From positions 1 to 57,402 of IMG/VR virus record IMGVR_UViG_3300030061_000751: a DNA stretch of 57,402 nucleotides; one strand, written 5' to 3'. The stretch is from a virus (taxonomy: Duplodnaviria; Caudoviricetes). Each line of letters starts with the position of its first letter. Position 1 is the first letter of the stretch. Under the pieces are notes generated by a model. It did no database searches. It was given only the letters and a program-made list of their open reading frames with translations, and was not told the DNA's origin. Below, piece by piece: positions 10,215 through 20,400 of this stretch. The position numbers were made by a program, and so were the translations under genes.

Positions 10215-10633
10215 ACATTAGTCTAGTTCCGTTGGAACACGCCCACACGGCTTGGAATGATGTACGTCATTATCTTGAACCTGCCGTCGAGAGGTGCAAC
10301 GGGCGCTGGACGATGGAGCATTTGTGTGCCGCAGTGGTCATGGGTAGCACACAGCTTTGGATAGCCTTTGATGATGATCAAAAGGTTTGGGGTTGTCTCA
10401 CCACAGAGATAACGCAATATCCTGCCAAGCGGGTGTTATCCATGCACTTTCTTGGCGGCGAAGACTTTGATTCTTGGTACAACCTACTGCTTGAGCAAAT
10501 CACCCGATACGGACTAGATATGGGCTGTGACGGGATTGAGGGCGTGGCAAGGTTTGGTTTCTGGAAATATCTACAGGCTGACGGTTTTGAAAAGTCGGCG
10601 GCATTCTATGAGAAGGGCATGAAAAATGGGTAA
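10211..10633 (+). CDS. GNAT-fold-like protein of the ejection-protein cluster
   Basis: QLWI...GC..IEG..R.G.W..L...GF pattern. Confidence 0.5.
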   Translation: MNISLVPLEHAHTAWNDVRHYLEPAVERCNGRWTMEHLCAAVVMGSTQLWIAFDDDQKVWGCLTTEITQYPAKRVLSMHFLGGEDFDSWYNLLLEQITRYGLDMGCDGIEGVARFGFWKYLQADGFEKSAAFYEKGMKNG

Positions 10634-11624
10634 AGGCGGCGGAAGCTCTGGGCCTACTGAGTCCAAGGTAGTACAGTCAAATCTACCGGAATACGCAGAA
10701 CCATATTACAAAGACCTGTTGGCCCGTGTTGGCTATGAGTCTGCTGAACCATACACCCCGTACCCTGCGGCGCGTATGGCGTACTTCACTCCTGCCGAAC
10801 AGGAGGCCATGTCGCGGTTTACGGAGATGGGCGTGTCTGGTACGCCCCCAGAGCTTGATGTGGCTGGCAATATCGCTGGCACTGTTGGCATGGGTAGTCC
10901 TTATGCCGGAACCATGCTGGAGGTGACTCGTCGAGCGCAGGAAATGCCGTCTATGGCTGACCCCTATGCGATGGCGTCCTACATGAACCCTTATCAGCAG
11001 ATCGTTCTGGATAATCAGATGCGAGAGGCTCGCCGTCAGTCTGACATCATGGGTCGTGACTTTGGCTTGCAGGCGGCTGGTCAGGGCAGTCTGGGTGGAT
11101 ACCGCGAAGGAATTATGCAGGCAGAGCGTCAGCGCAACTTGGAGCGCCAGCTTGGTGATCTGTATGGCGCGGGTATGCAACAAGCGTTTGGTCAGGCACA
11201 GCAGGCTCTTGGTCAGGACAGGGCATACGCACAGCAGGCCGCTCAGTTAGGTCAGGCGGCATACGGTAGCTTGCTATCTGGTGATGCACAGCGTCTGCAG
11301 GCGGCTGGAATGCTGGGTGACTATGCTGATCAGCGTCAGAGAATGGAAATCGAAAGACTCCGTAATATGCAGGCGGCAGGAGAAGCAGAACGCAGGCTCC
11401 GTCAGGCAGGCATGGATATTGGCTATCAGGACTTCCTGAGGCAAAGAGCCTTCCCGCAGGAGCAACTCGGTTTCTACAGCCAGATGTTGCAGGGAACGCC
11501 GATCTCGCCCGGACAGACGCAGACATCATTTGGTATGCAACCGTCCACCATGCAACAGTTGCTGGGAACGGGGATTGCGGCGGCTGGTTTGTACAACGCA
11601 TTTAGAGGGACGCCGGGGCCATGA
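10626..11624 (+). CDS. DNA transfer/ejection protein
   Basis: MGKGGG start, Q/A-rich helices, YMNPYQQ motif, hydrophobic C-terminus. Confidence 0.6.
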   Translation: MGKGGGSSGPTESKVVQSNLPEYAEPYYKDLLARVGYESAEPYTPYPAARMAYFTPAEQEAMSRFTEMGVSGTPPELDVAGNIAGTVGMGSPYAGTMLEVTRRAQEMPSMADPYAMASYMNPYQQIVLDNQMREARRQSDIMGRDFGLQAAGQGSLGGYREGIMQAERQRNLERQLGDLYGAGMQQAFGQAQQALGQDRAYAQQAAQLGQAAYGSLLSGDAQRLQAAGMLGDYADQRQRMEIERLRNMQAAGEAERRLRQAGMDIGYQDFLRQRAFPQEQLGFYSQMLQGTPISPGQTQTSFGMQPSTMQQLLGTGIAAAGLYNAFRGTPGP

Positions 11625-14494
11625 ACATTCTTGAGCAAGAAGACATTATTAAGGGGCTACCCGATCAGGCGTTGATGCAGGAAGCGCAGATGCCTAGCGG
11701 TCAGGTGCCGCAGTATTTGGTTGTGTCTGAGATACAGCGCAGATCAGATATGCGTAAGCGGTATAAGGCGGAGCAGGAACAGATGCCGCAGGCTACCGTC
11801 AAGGAGCAAGTCATGCAGGAAGGCATTATGGGTGCTATGCCCCAAATGCCGCCACAAATGGCTATGGCTCCACAGATGCCGCAACGTATGCCTCAGATGC
11901 CTCCACAGGGCATACAGCAGGCCATGCCTCCTCAGATGATGTCCGGTGGTGGTGTGATAAGGATGGACGAAGGTCGTCAAGCACAAGGCGGCTTAAATCT
12001 TGACCCACTGAGAGAAAGATTGGGTGCGCTTGGGGACACGATAAAGAGTATAGAGTCTAGCAATCGCCAAGCAGACAGCTCAGGCAATGTCTTGAGGTCA
12101 GTAAAGGGCGCTGTTGGCCTAATGCAGGTGATGCCTGCGACAGCCGCACAACCGGGATATGGCGTTCCAAGCATATTTGATTTGGCAAGAAACGCGGGAA
12201 TTGAGGTAAACGAAGATCAGGTCACGTTCGATAGAGAGGTGCTAGAGGACGGGAAGATTAAAATAACTCCAACGGCAGAGGCTATTGCTGAAGCAGACAG
12301 GTTGCTAGAAAACCCAAGGCTTAACGAGGCGATTGGGCTTCGATACCTTGAGGCGATGGTGGATGAGTTTGATGGCGACCTAGATCGCATAGGTATTGCT
12401 TATAACGCAGGGCCGAAAGTTGCAGAGAGATGGGACGGTGACCCAGAATCTCTCATAAAGGAAACCAGAGACTACATAGCTAAAATAAAAGACAGTGAGG
12501 ATGTCGTCAACGCCAGAGACAGTCTTGTGGGCCTTGAACAGCAGGACACTCCAGCGGAGGGTAGCCCAGAAGCCCAAGCCAGAGTTGTAGAGGCCATCCA
12601 GAGAAACAGGGCCGAACGTCCCCCGCGAAGTGCTGAAGAGCAGTTATTGGATATGGCAGGGGGACGCCCGATGCCAGTGGTAGGGCAAGATGCGCCGCGT
12701 GAAAGCGTTTCTGTGATGCCGTTGCCACGGCCTCCCGCCGTCAGTCTCGACAACACCTTTGACCCGACAATGGCGGCTCCGAACATTTCTATGCCAAATC
12801 TTCCCGCACCGTTGCCATCTGAGCAGGATGTTGCTGGCGCAAGAGCGGCATACATGGGTGTAACGCCGCCCTCACAGCCCAGACTAGACTTTGTGACTCC
12901 ACAGGAAGGCCCAAGAGAAAGGCGCGAGTCTGCTCAAAGGGGCATGGATATGATGCTTGACCAGCTTGACCAGAATGACAGGCAAAGACGCTTTGAAGCA
13001 GTGCCAGAGTTGAGCAAGCTGTATCAGGATATGGGGATGGACTCAACCCAAGCCAGTAATCTGGCATTAGGCATTGGGCCAAGAGGCCCAGCAAGTCCGT
13101 TTGGCGCACCCCCTGCTGACAGGTCTGGTGTTAGCGCATTGCCCGTCGATCTAGGAATCGGCCCAGACGGCCCTGTCAGGTATCCCTTTGGCGCACCTGC
13201 TCCTGACGAGTCTGGGGTTACCGCATTGCCTGTTGATTTGGGCATCGGCCCAGACGGCCCTGTTAGGTATCCGTTTGGACGACCAACAGAGTCTGGTGTT
13301 GCCACACTGCCAACTGACCCAGCCATTGCCGATGCGAGAGCGGCGTATATGGGGAGGACAGTTATGCCTCCGGCTGGCGATTCTCGTATGCAGGCCAAAG
13401 ACAGTGCAGAAGTTCAGGCGGGTCCGGCGAGTCCTCTATCTGGTTCAACCCTAGAAGAGATTGCAGAGTCTTTGTATGACTATCGACCGCCCGTTGACAC
13501 AAGGGGCAGAGTTAAAGAGGGATTCCTCTCTAGGGAAGAGATGATTTATGACGTTCTTGGGTCTGATACTGCAGAGTCTATATTTGATTATCGACCGCCT
13601 ACTGATCAAAGAGGCAGACGCCCTGAAGGCACGTTATCGACAAGGGATTACTTCATACAACAGGCGGTAGAAACAAGCTCTGAGGCTCTTGGGCAATACT
13701 TGCCGAATGCCAATCGTGACGGATTGACCCAACCCGCTGATGCCAATGGCATAGCTCCAGAGGCTCCAATCATAGATGCTCTTGTCAATACGCCAAGCGG
13801 AGATCGAAGCAATCCCGAATACAGCCTTGACCAGTTAAGAAAGCCCACTGACGAGATGCTGGCACGTTTGAGTGCCCCAACCCTAAGCCCAGTGGAGTTT
13901 GATCAGAATCTTGGCCTAGAGCCTGAGAAGACTACATCCGTAACGCCGCCAGAGTTTAACATCACAGATATTCTGGATGAGTCACGGCGCATGAATAAGG
14001 CAAACATACTCATGCAACTAGGCGCGGGTATCGCCGCTGGGGATGTCTCTAAGGGACTGTCTGCCGCAGGTGCCGCCGCCGCTAGTGGGGCAAAGGAAAT
14101 CAGAGACTTGGATATGAGGTCGCGCCTCGCCAAGTACCAAGCTGGCAGAGAGGATCAGAAGCGAGAAACTGCGGCAAGTCAGTTCGACAGGCAAATGACG
14201 TTGCTTGAGGAGAAGGTTAAGAATGCCGCCGAATATGGCGGTGCGGCTAGAGATGCGGCGCTCATCAGGGTGCTTGGTGATGAAGCGGAAGTTTTGAGGC
14301 AGAATCTGAGGTACATAGATCAAGAAAAAGAAGGTGGGCCAGAAAGTTATCGACGCGCAGTAGATAGGCTTGAACGTCTGCAAGAGACACTATATTCGCT
14401 TGGCGGCATTAAGATGCCTACTGGAGACGTTGGAGGCGCTGGGATAGTGGACTTTCGGAACATAACTGGTAGCCAAGCAATAGTGGGAGGCTAA
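11621..14494 (+). CDS. Internal virion protein with lytic transglycosylase (SLT) domain
   Basis: IES, GAVGLMQVMPATA, AYNAGP and ETRDYI motifs. Confidence 0.85.
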   Translation: MNILEQEDIIKGLPDQALMQEAQMPSGQVPQYLVVSEIQRRSDMRKRYKAEQEQMPQATVKEQVMQEGIMGAMPQMPPQMAMAPQMPQRMPQMPPQGIQQAMPPQMMSGGGVIRMDEGRQAQGGLNLDPLRERLGALGDTIKSIESSNRQADSSGNVLRSVKGAVGLMQVMPATAAQPGYGVPSIFDLARNAGIEVNEDQVTFDREVLEDGKIKITPTAEAIAEADRLLENPRLNEAIGLRYLEAMVDEFDGDLDRIGIAYNAGPKVAERWDGDPESLIKETRDYIAKIKDSEDVVNARDSLVGLEQQDTPAEGSPEAQARVVEAIQRNRAERPPRSAEEQLLDMAGGRPMPVVGQDAPRESVSVMPLPRPPAVSLDNTFDPTMAAPNISMPNLPAPLPSEQDVAGARAAYMGVTPPSQPRLDFVTPQEGPRERRESAQRGMDMMLDQLDQNDRQRRFEAVPELSKLYQDMGMDSTQASNLALGIGPRGPASPFGAPPADRSGVSALPVDLGIGPDGPVRYPFGAPAPDESGVTALPVDLGIGPDGPVRYPFGRPTESGVATLPTDPAIADARAAYMGRTVMPPAGDSRMQAKDSAEVQAGPASPLSGSTLEEIAESLYDYRPPVDTRGRVKEGFLSREEMIYDVLGSDTAESIFDYRPPTDQRGRRPEGTLSTRDYFIQQAVETSSEALGQYLPNANRDGLTQPADANGIAPEAPIIDALVNTPSGDRSNPEYSLDQLRKPTDEMLARLSAPTLSPVEFDQNLGLEPEKTTSVTPPEFNITDILDESRRMNKANILMQLGAGIAAGDVSKGLSAAGAAAASGAKEIRDLDMRSRLAKYQAGREDQKRETAASQFDRQMTLLEEKVKNAAEYGGAARDAALIRVLGDEAEVLRQNLRYIDQEKEGGPESYRRAVDRLERLQETLYSLGGIKMPTGDVGGAGIVDFRNITGSQAIVGG
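13067..13320 (+). repeat. Three ~87-bp coding tandem repeats (LGIGPDGPVRYPFGAP..D.SGV.ALPVD)
   Basis: Visible in both protein and DNA. Confidence 0.85.
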
Positions 14495-14497
14495 CTT

Positions 14498-17400
14498 GTG
14501 GATGTACGCCTGCCAAATGGTCAAATTATCACTAATGTTCCAGATAGCATCACTCAACAGCAACTGGCTCAAATTGCTATAGCGAACAATCTCGCTAGAG
14601 AAGAAGACTTTGCTGGGATTTTTGATGCCCCACAGGCGGCTGAAGAGGACGACACAACCCTTCTCGGCGCAACTGGTGAGTTTTTCAAGGGCATCCCCCG
14701 TGGCGTAGCAAATAGCCTTATATCGACAGGAGAGGGTCTGTTTCAGCTTGCTGACGCCGGTCTAAACCTCGTCGGGCTTGAAGACGCGATAGATCAGGAA
14801 GACGAAGATGTCATCCTTGGTCTAGCCAAACAGGGCAGAGATGCTGTCAACGAGAGCTTTCTGGGTGCAGATGAGGCATATAGAGACTCTTTTGGCGCCA
14901 AGTTTGGCGAAGGTCTTGGCTCATTCCTGACATTCCTCGGCCCCGGCTTCTTGGGCAAAGCGGCTGGTCTTACCGGCAAGGGAATGGCGGCGGCAAGATA
15001 CGGTGGTGCAGGAACGCTCGCTGTGGGTGCCGGTGCAGGAGATCAGTCGCAAAGAATACAGTTTGCCAGAGAGCAAGGCATTGATGTCAGCGGAGATCAA
15101 GAGGACTTGGCGATTGGCCTTGGTGGTGCGATTGGCCTGACAGAGCTTGCGCCTGTTGAAAAGCTGTTGAAGGGTTTGCCAAGGGAACTGCCTGACGGGT
15201 TCAAGGACAAGTCTATCGCTATGCTCAAGAAGGCGCTTGGCACGGGCAGTGTCGAGGCTGTACAAGAGGGCGTGGCAGGAGTCTTACAAGATGCCGTGGC
15301 TCTCGGGGTATACGATCCCAATCAGAAGGTAGGAGAGTCTCTTTGGGATGACCTGACTGTTGGCGGTGCTGTCGGTACAACGGCAGACCTTATCGTCACC
15401 TACGCGGCTGGACGGCGCAAAAGGTCTATTGACCAAAGTCTTCTCGACACAGAAAAAGAGATAAGAGAGCGGCTTGAGGCTGAAGAGCAGAAAAGAAGAG
15501 AGCAGTCCTCTCAGAGAAAGCTAGACCCGCAAGAAGAAGCTGTCACCGCCCCAGTGGATGAAGAGCCGGATGTTATCAACGTCCAGCCAGTTACCGTCCC
15601 ATTTACAACCCCCTCCCAAGCTGGAGAAAGATTCCCCGATAGAAAAAGAGTGCCTGTGGGCACACCCACCCTTGTCGAAGGCGAGAAGTTTGCTGGAGGC
15701 AATCCCTATGCCGCAACTGCAATAGAAATATCCCGCAGGCTTGGCGACTCATTCCCACTAAACGAAACCTTTACTGTCGCGGCAACTGCCACAGGTGCAG
15801 AAGGCCCAGTAAGACAGCGCACCGCTGTGTTTGACAGTCAGGGAAAGCAGTATGGGCCTGAGTATGCAGACCCCAGAGAGGCGATACAGTTAGCTGGCGC
15901 TTTAAACGGGCAGGTTCTTGAGCAAACTCTAGAGCAAAACAATGCCTTGGTGATTGACGAAGCTGGACTTGATCTTGATGAAGATCAGAGACAGACCATG
16001 CTCACTCTGGGCCGCAGGGTGCTTGGAACAGATACAAACAGCTATCACAAGTCAGCCATTGATTATGCCGCAGGAACCACTGCTGAAAACGGCTATGCAG
16101 ACGATCTGACGGCACAGCAGGCCATAGACGAAGGTATTAGGCCCAAGGACATGACCGCATCCCAGCGGATTAATGCCGCTAGGTTGAAAAAGGGTTTGCC
16201 GGAAACAAACAACTTCTCTCTCTCGGAGGCCCGTAAGGCGCTTGGCGACAATGTTGGCAGGCTTGCAGAGTTTGAGTCGGGCGCTTCAGAGGTCGATACG
16301 CTTAGAGCGTTTTCTCAGGATGGCGTACCAGCCGTAAGCGTAGACAGAGATGGCGTTTCTACGGGCGTCATAAAGACTAGACCTACAACAGCCGCAGAGA
16401 AAGAGGCGGCTAGGAGCCAAGGTAAGAGAGCGCCGGGGCGGGTCAAGTTTACGAGCATGAGGGACGCTCAGGAGTATGCTGGTTTTATCAATCAGCGTAA
16501 GGGCGGTGCGTTCGTTAGTAGCGCAGAAATGTTTGGCGAGATGGAGCTTAGTCAGGAGAAGTTCGCTGAACTGCTTGCCGCCAAAAACATTGACATGGAC
16601 TACAACTCGCCAGAGATGCGTAAGCTCGCGCAGATACTGACTGGCAGAAAGCTCAGGCGCGATCAGTCCATCAATGACCTGAAAAACGAAGAGCTACAGT
16701 TTCTCTATCACAAAATGCGAGCTTTTCCTCGCTTCAATAAACCCACCAAACTACCTGTCTTTGAGCTAAAGCCATACTCTCCAGCAGAGCTACAGCTTGC
16801 AGTAGACCATCTCCGCCGACAAGGCACAGATATATCCAGAGCCGCCCTTGAGTATCAGGGCAAGACCATGAAGGCGAGAGCCTACGATCAGGTCATCAAA
16901 AAGGCTAGAGAGGTTGTGAGCCGTGATCAGGCGGCAGTCGAAGAGGCTTCTCAGCCAGAGCAAACCTCTCAGATACTTGCACTGCCGTCACCAGACCAAA
17001 GACGAACAGCAATGTCTGAGGCTATTGCGGCAAGAGTTAAAAAGCTCGGCCTGTCTGATGACTTCATTACTAGGCTGGTGGACAGGGTTAGAACGCCCAA
17101 CAGAGATGCACAGGGCAACATAGATTTTGTTGAGTCAGCCGATCCTCGTCAGGCGGCGGCTCGCGGAGCATTTGATCCGCTACAGAGAGTCCTCCAAGTT
17201 AGCTTTGACAACATACTTGCAGAAGCTGGCCCCAACGCCACAGATGCGGAGCTGTTGGTCAGAATACTAGGGACTTTAAATCACGAAGTCTTACACGCTC
17301 TAAGAGTTCTCGACTTAATTACTGAGCAGGAGATGGCGACCCTTGAAAAAGCGGCTCGCGCCTACGCGCCAGATGGCGCACAGGGATATGAAGCTGGAGA

Positions 17401-20400
17401 GACGTTCTTTCAGTATGCAGAGAGGGTTTACAGCAACCTAGACCCCGCGTCCCGCATGGAAGAGGCGATAGCGGAGCTAATCAAGTATGGCTACCAGAAC
17501 AACCTCATTGATGACAGGGGCAAGGCAGTAAGGCTGGGCGGCAAGCCACGCGGCATCATTACCAAAATCGTTGACTTCCTGAAAGAAATGGTCGGCTTTT
17601 CCAGAGGCACTGGTGCAAGATCGTTTAACGACTTCTTGCAGGCACTTGAGTCTGGAGAGGTTGGTGCTAGAGCTAGGGGTGAGGTTAGAACCCCAGTTAT
17701 GTTGGACAAGATTGCCTCTAAACAAGGCATTACCAGAGAGGAAGCGGCGAGAAGGGTGAGGGGAGAGTCGCCTCAAACTCGCGCACAGGAAGGAGAGGAA
17801 GAGGAGCGGGAGCCGGAGTTCAGACAGACAACCCCTGATGAGCCGGAGCTGGCTTTCGACAGAAGCGTCCCAGACTTTGCCAAGCGTGATCCAGAGCTTA
17901 GTGAAGCGGCTGATATGCTGAAGAAGGGCGAGATCACAAGGGAAGAATACTCTGCGCTGGTTGACGAGCGCAGGCCGGTGCGCCCTTATGAGGATGTGCC
18001 AGACCCAGCGACACCGGCACAAGCAAAACGTGCGCTCAGGGAGGGAAAAGGACAAAGTCCTGAGAAGGCGGCTAAGTACGGCAAGCCGCAGGAGGTGCTG
18101 AAAAAGGGTGAGCCTGCACAGCTAAGGCTTGACATACCCTCGTATACCCAGAGTGACACATGGGTTGTCTCGGTTCACTACCCAGACTCTGCAAAGAAAA
18201 GGCGTGAGAAAAAAGACTTGGACGCCCAGAAGGTCAAAGCTGGCGAGCTGTCTTTAACGGATTATATGCAGAACAAAACCGCAGAGTCCCTTTTCACAGC
18301 AGGAGAAGTTGTAGGCTATCAGTCTGTTGCGGCGCTTACGAATGTCAAGTTCGGCATGAGTCAGAGAGCCGCCCAAGCTATATCTATAGATAAACCCAAA
18401 GGCACGATAGCCACGATAATGGGTGGCTGGAACCCTATGGGTCCAAAAAAGGCAAAGGCACTAGCGGATAAGGCTCTGGAGAGTAAAGACTGGATTCAGG
18501 TCGGCATGGACCCGTACAGGCACAGCTATTTCTACAACAGGAGCAATCCTAACAAGCGGGTTATCAGTGCTGACGAGGTTATACAGGTTGGTCCTCTCGT
18601 CCTCGCAAAGAACGCGATTGAGGTAGATGCTCTTGATAACGCGGCGGTAGAGTCTTTTGGGATGCAACCCACGGTTTTTGATGTAGGGCCAGCGCAGGAA
18701 TCTGTTGACATCATAGATGTTGTATCTGGTCGAGAGCAACCGCCTCCCCTGAAGGGAAAGAAGCAAGTGGCTGGTTATCTCCAACGCCGAACCCTTGAGC
18801 GTCTGGGTGTGCCAAGGGACATTACCAGAGAGGAAGACAGGGAGGCGATAGCAGAAGACCTTTCTAGGGAAGCGGTCTACGAGTACGAGAACGTACAGGA
18901 GAGCGCCGTCGAGTGGTACAACGAAACCATCGACAAGACCATTGAGATGCTTGGTGAGCTGTACCCAGAAATAAAAACTGATTCCAACGCAAGAACGGCA
19001 TTCCTACTATCTCTGGCAATCACTTCGCAAAACATGGCAGTTCCCGATAATTTGGCCTTAGCCGAGAAGGCGTATAAGTTTTACAGAGACAACGGGCGCT
19101 TCAAAGAAGAGGGCAGTGGCGACAAAAAGCAGTCAATGAAAGCCAACTTTGTTAAGGCTAACAAACTGCTTGAAAAAATGTCCATGTCGGAAATAGAGCA
19201 ATTCTTGCAGACAGAATTTATCGTTAGAGACTTGAACGAGGCGAGCGCAAAGCTACTTGGAAAGCAGGCTGACACAGGCGAGAACGTAGACAACAGGGTG
19301 TTTGGCTCCGCTATATTCGGCCCAAAAATAGGTCAGGGTTTCTTTACAAACCTTCGCGGAGACTACCGCCCCGTCACGATGGATATGTGGTTTATGAGAA
19401 CCATAGGCCGTCTTTCGGGTACGCTAACCGGCACATCACCAGAAAACATTTCCAAGGCGTACAAGCGTCTTGCTACGGCACTTGGTAAGAAAAAGGTTTT
19501 TCGGGAGTCGATAGAAAAGCAAGCCAGAGAAATCAAGCGCAAGCACGAAAGCGACTACAGGAAGTTTGGCGAAGAATACAAGTCTGGCAAGCGGGAAAAG
19601 AGCGAGACAGTTAAGGCGGCAGAGAACTTAATAAAACTGCTTGACGGCACTAATGACGCCCCGACTAGCGGTAGCCAGCGAAACAATTTAAGAGATATTG
19701 TATACAGAGCGATAGAGAAGTTTGAGCAACAGACTGGTGAGAGGATTGAGCCAGCGGCATTCCAAGCTCTAATATGGTATCCTGAGCAAGATTTATATAA
19801 GTCACTTGGAGTAAAGTTACGCCATGTCAGACAGGATTACGCCACCTCAACTGAGCAACTCCTCAATTCAAGAGGAATCAAGCGGAGCAGAATTGAACGG
19901 GCCAAGGATAGGGTTCGGAGCCGCGCAGAGCGAGGATCAGGAGATGTTCGATCAGCAGATGCTGTCGGACAAGGAGATCGACAAGGGACTGGACGAGCTG
20001 ATAGCGTTGTTCCGCAAGATGAGAACCTCTACGACAGGCCAGCCGCTCGACAGATAGACCCTGCGAAGGTAGAGGAAGCTGTAGAGCAAAACCTTAAGGA
20101 CATCGACAAGACGCCCGGCCCACCAGTATTCAGCGTTAAAGCGTCCCCAGAAGCACAATACATAGGAAGAAATCCAGAGGCGGCGCTAACTCCGCGCCCT
20201 GAAGACCAGTATTTTGATACCCCTCCGCTTTCTGAGTCACAGCAGAAGGCAGTAGACGAACTCACCACAGGCCCAGAAAAGTCGCAACCCAACAACGAGA
20301 TACTCTTAGAAGTTCTTGAGGGTGGGCCAATAGACACCTTCTACAAAAGATTCAGAGCGCGGATGAGATTGCGCGTAATGAAGCTGAGATACGGCGGGAT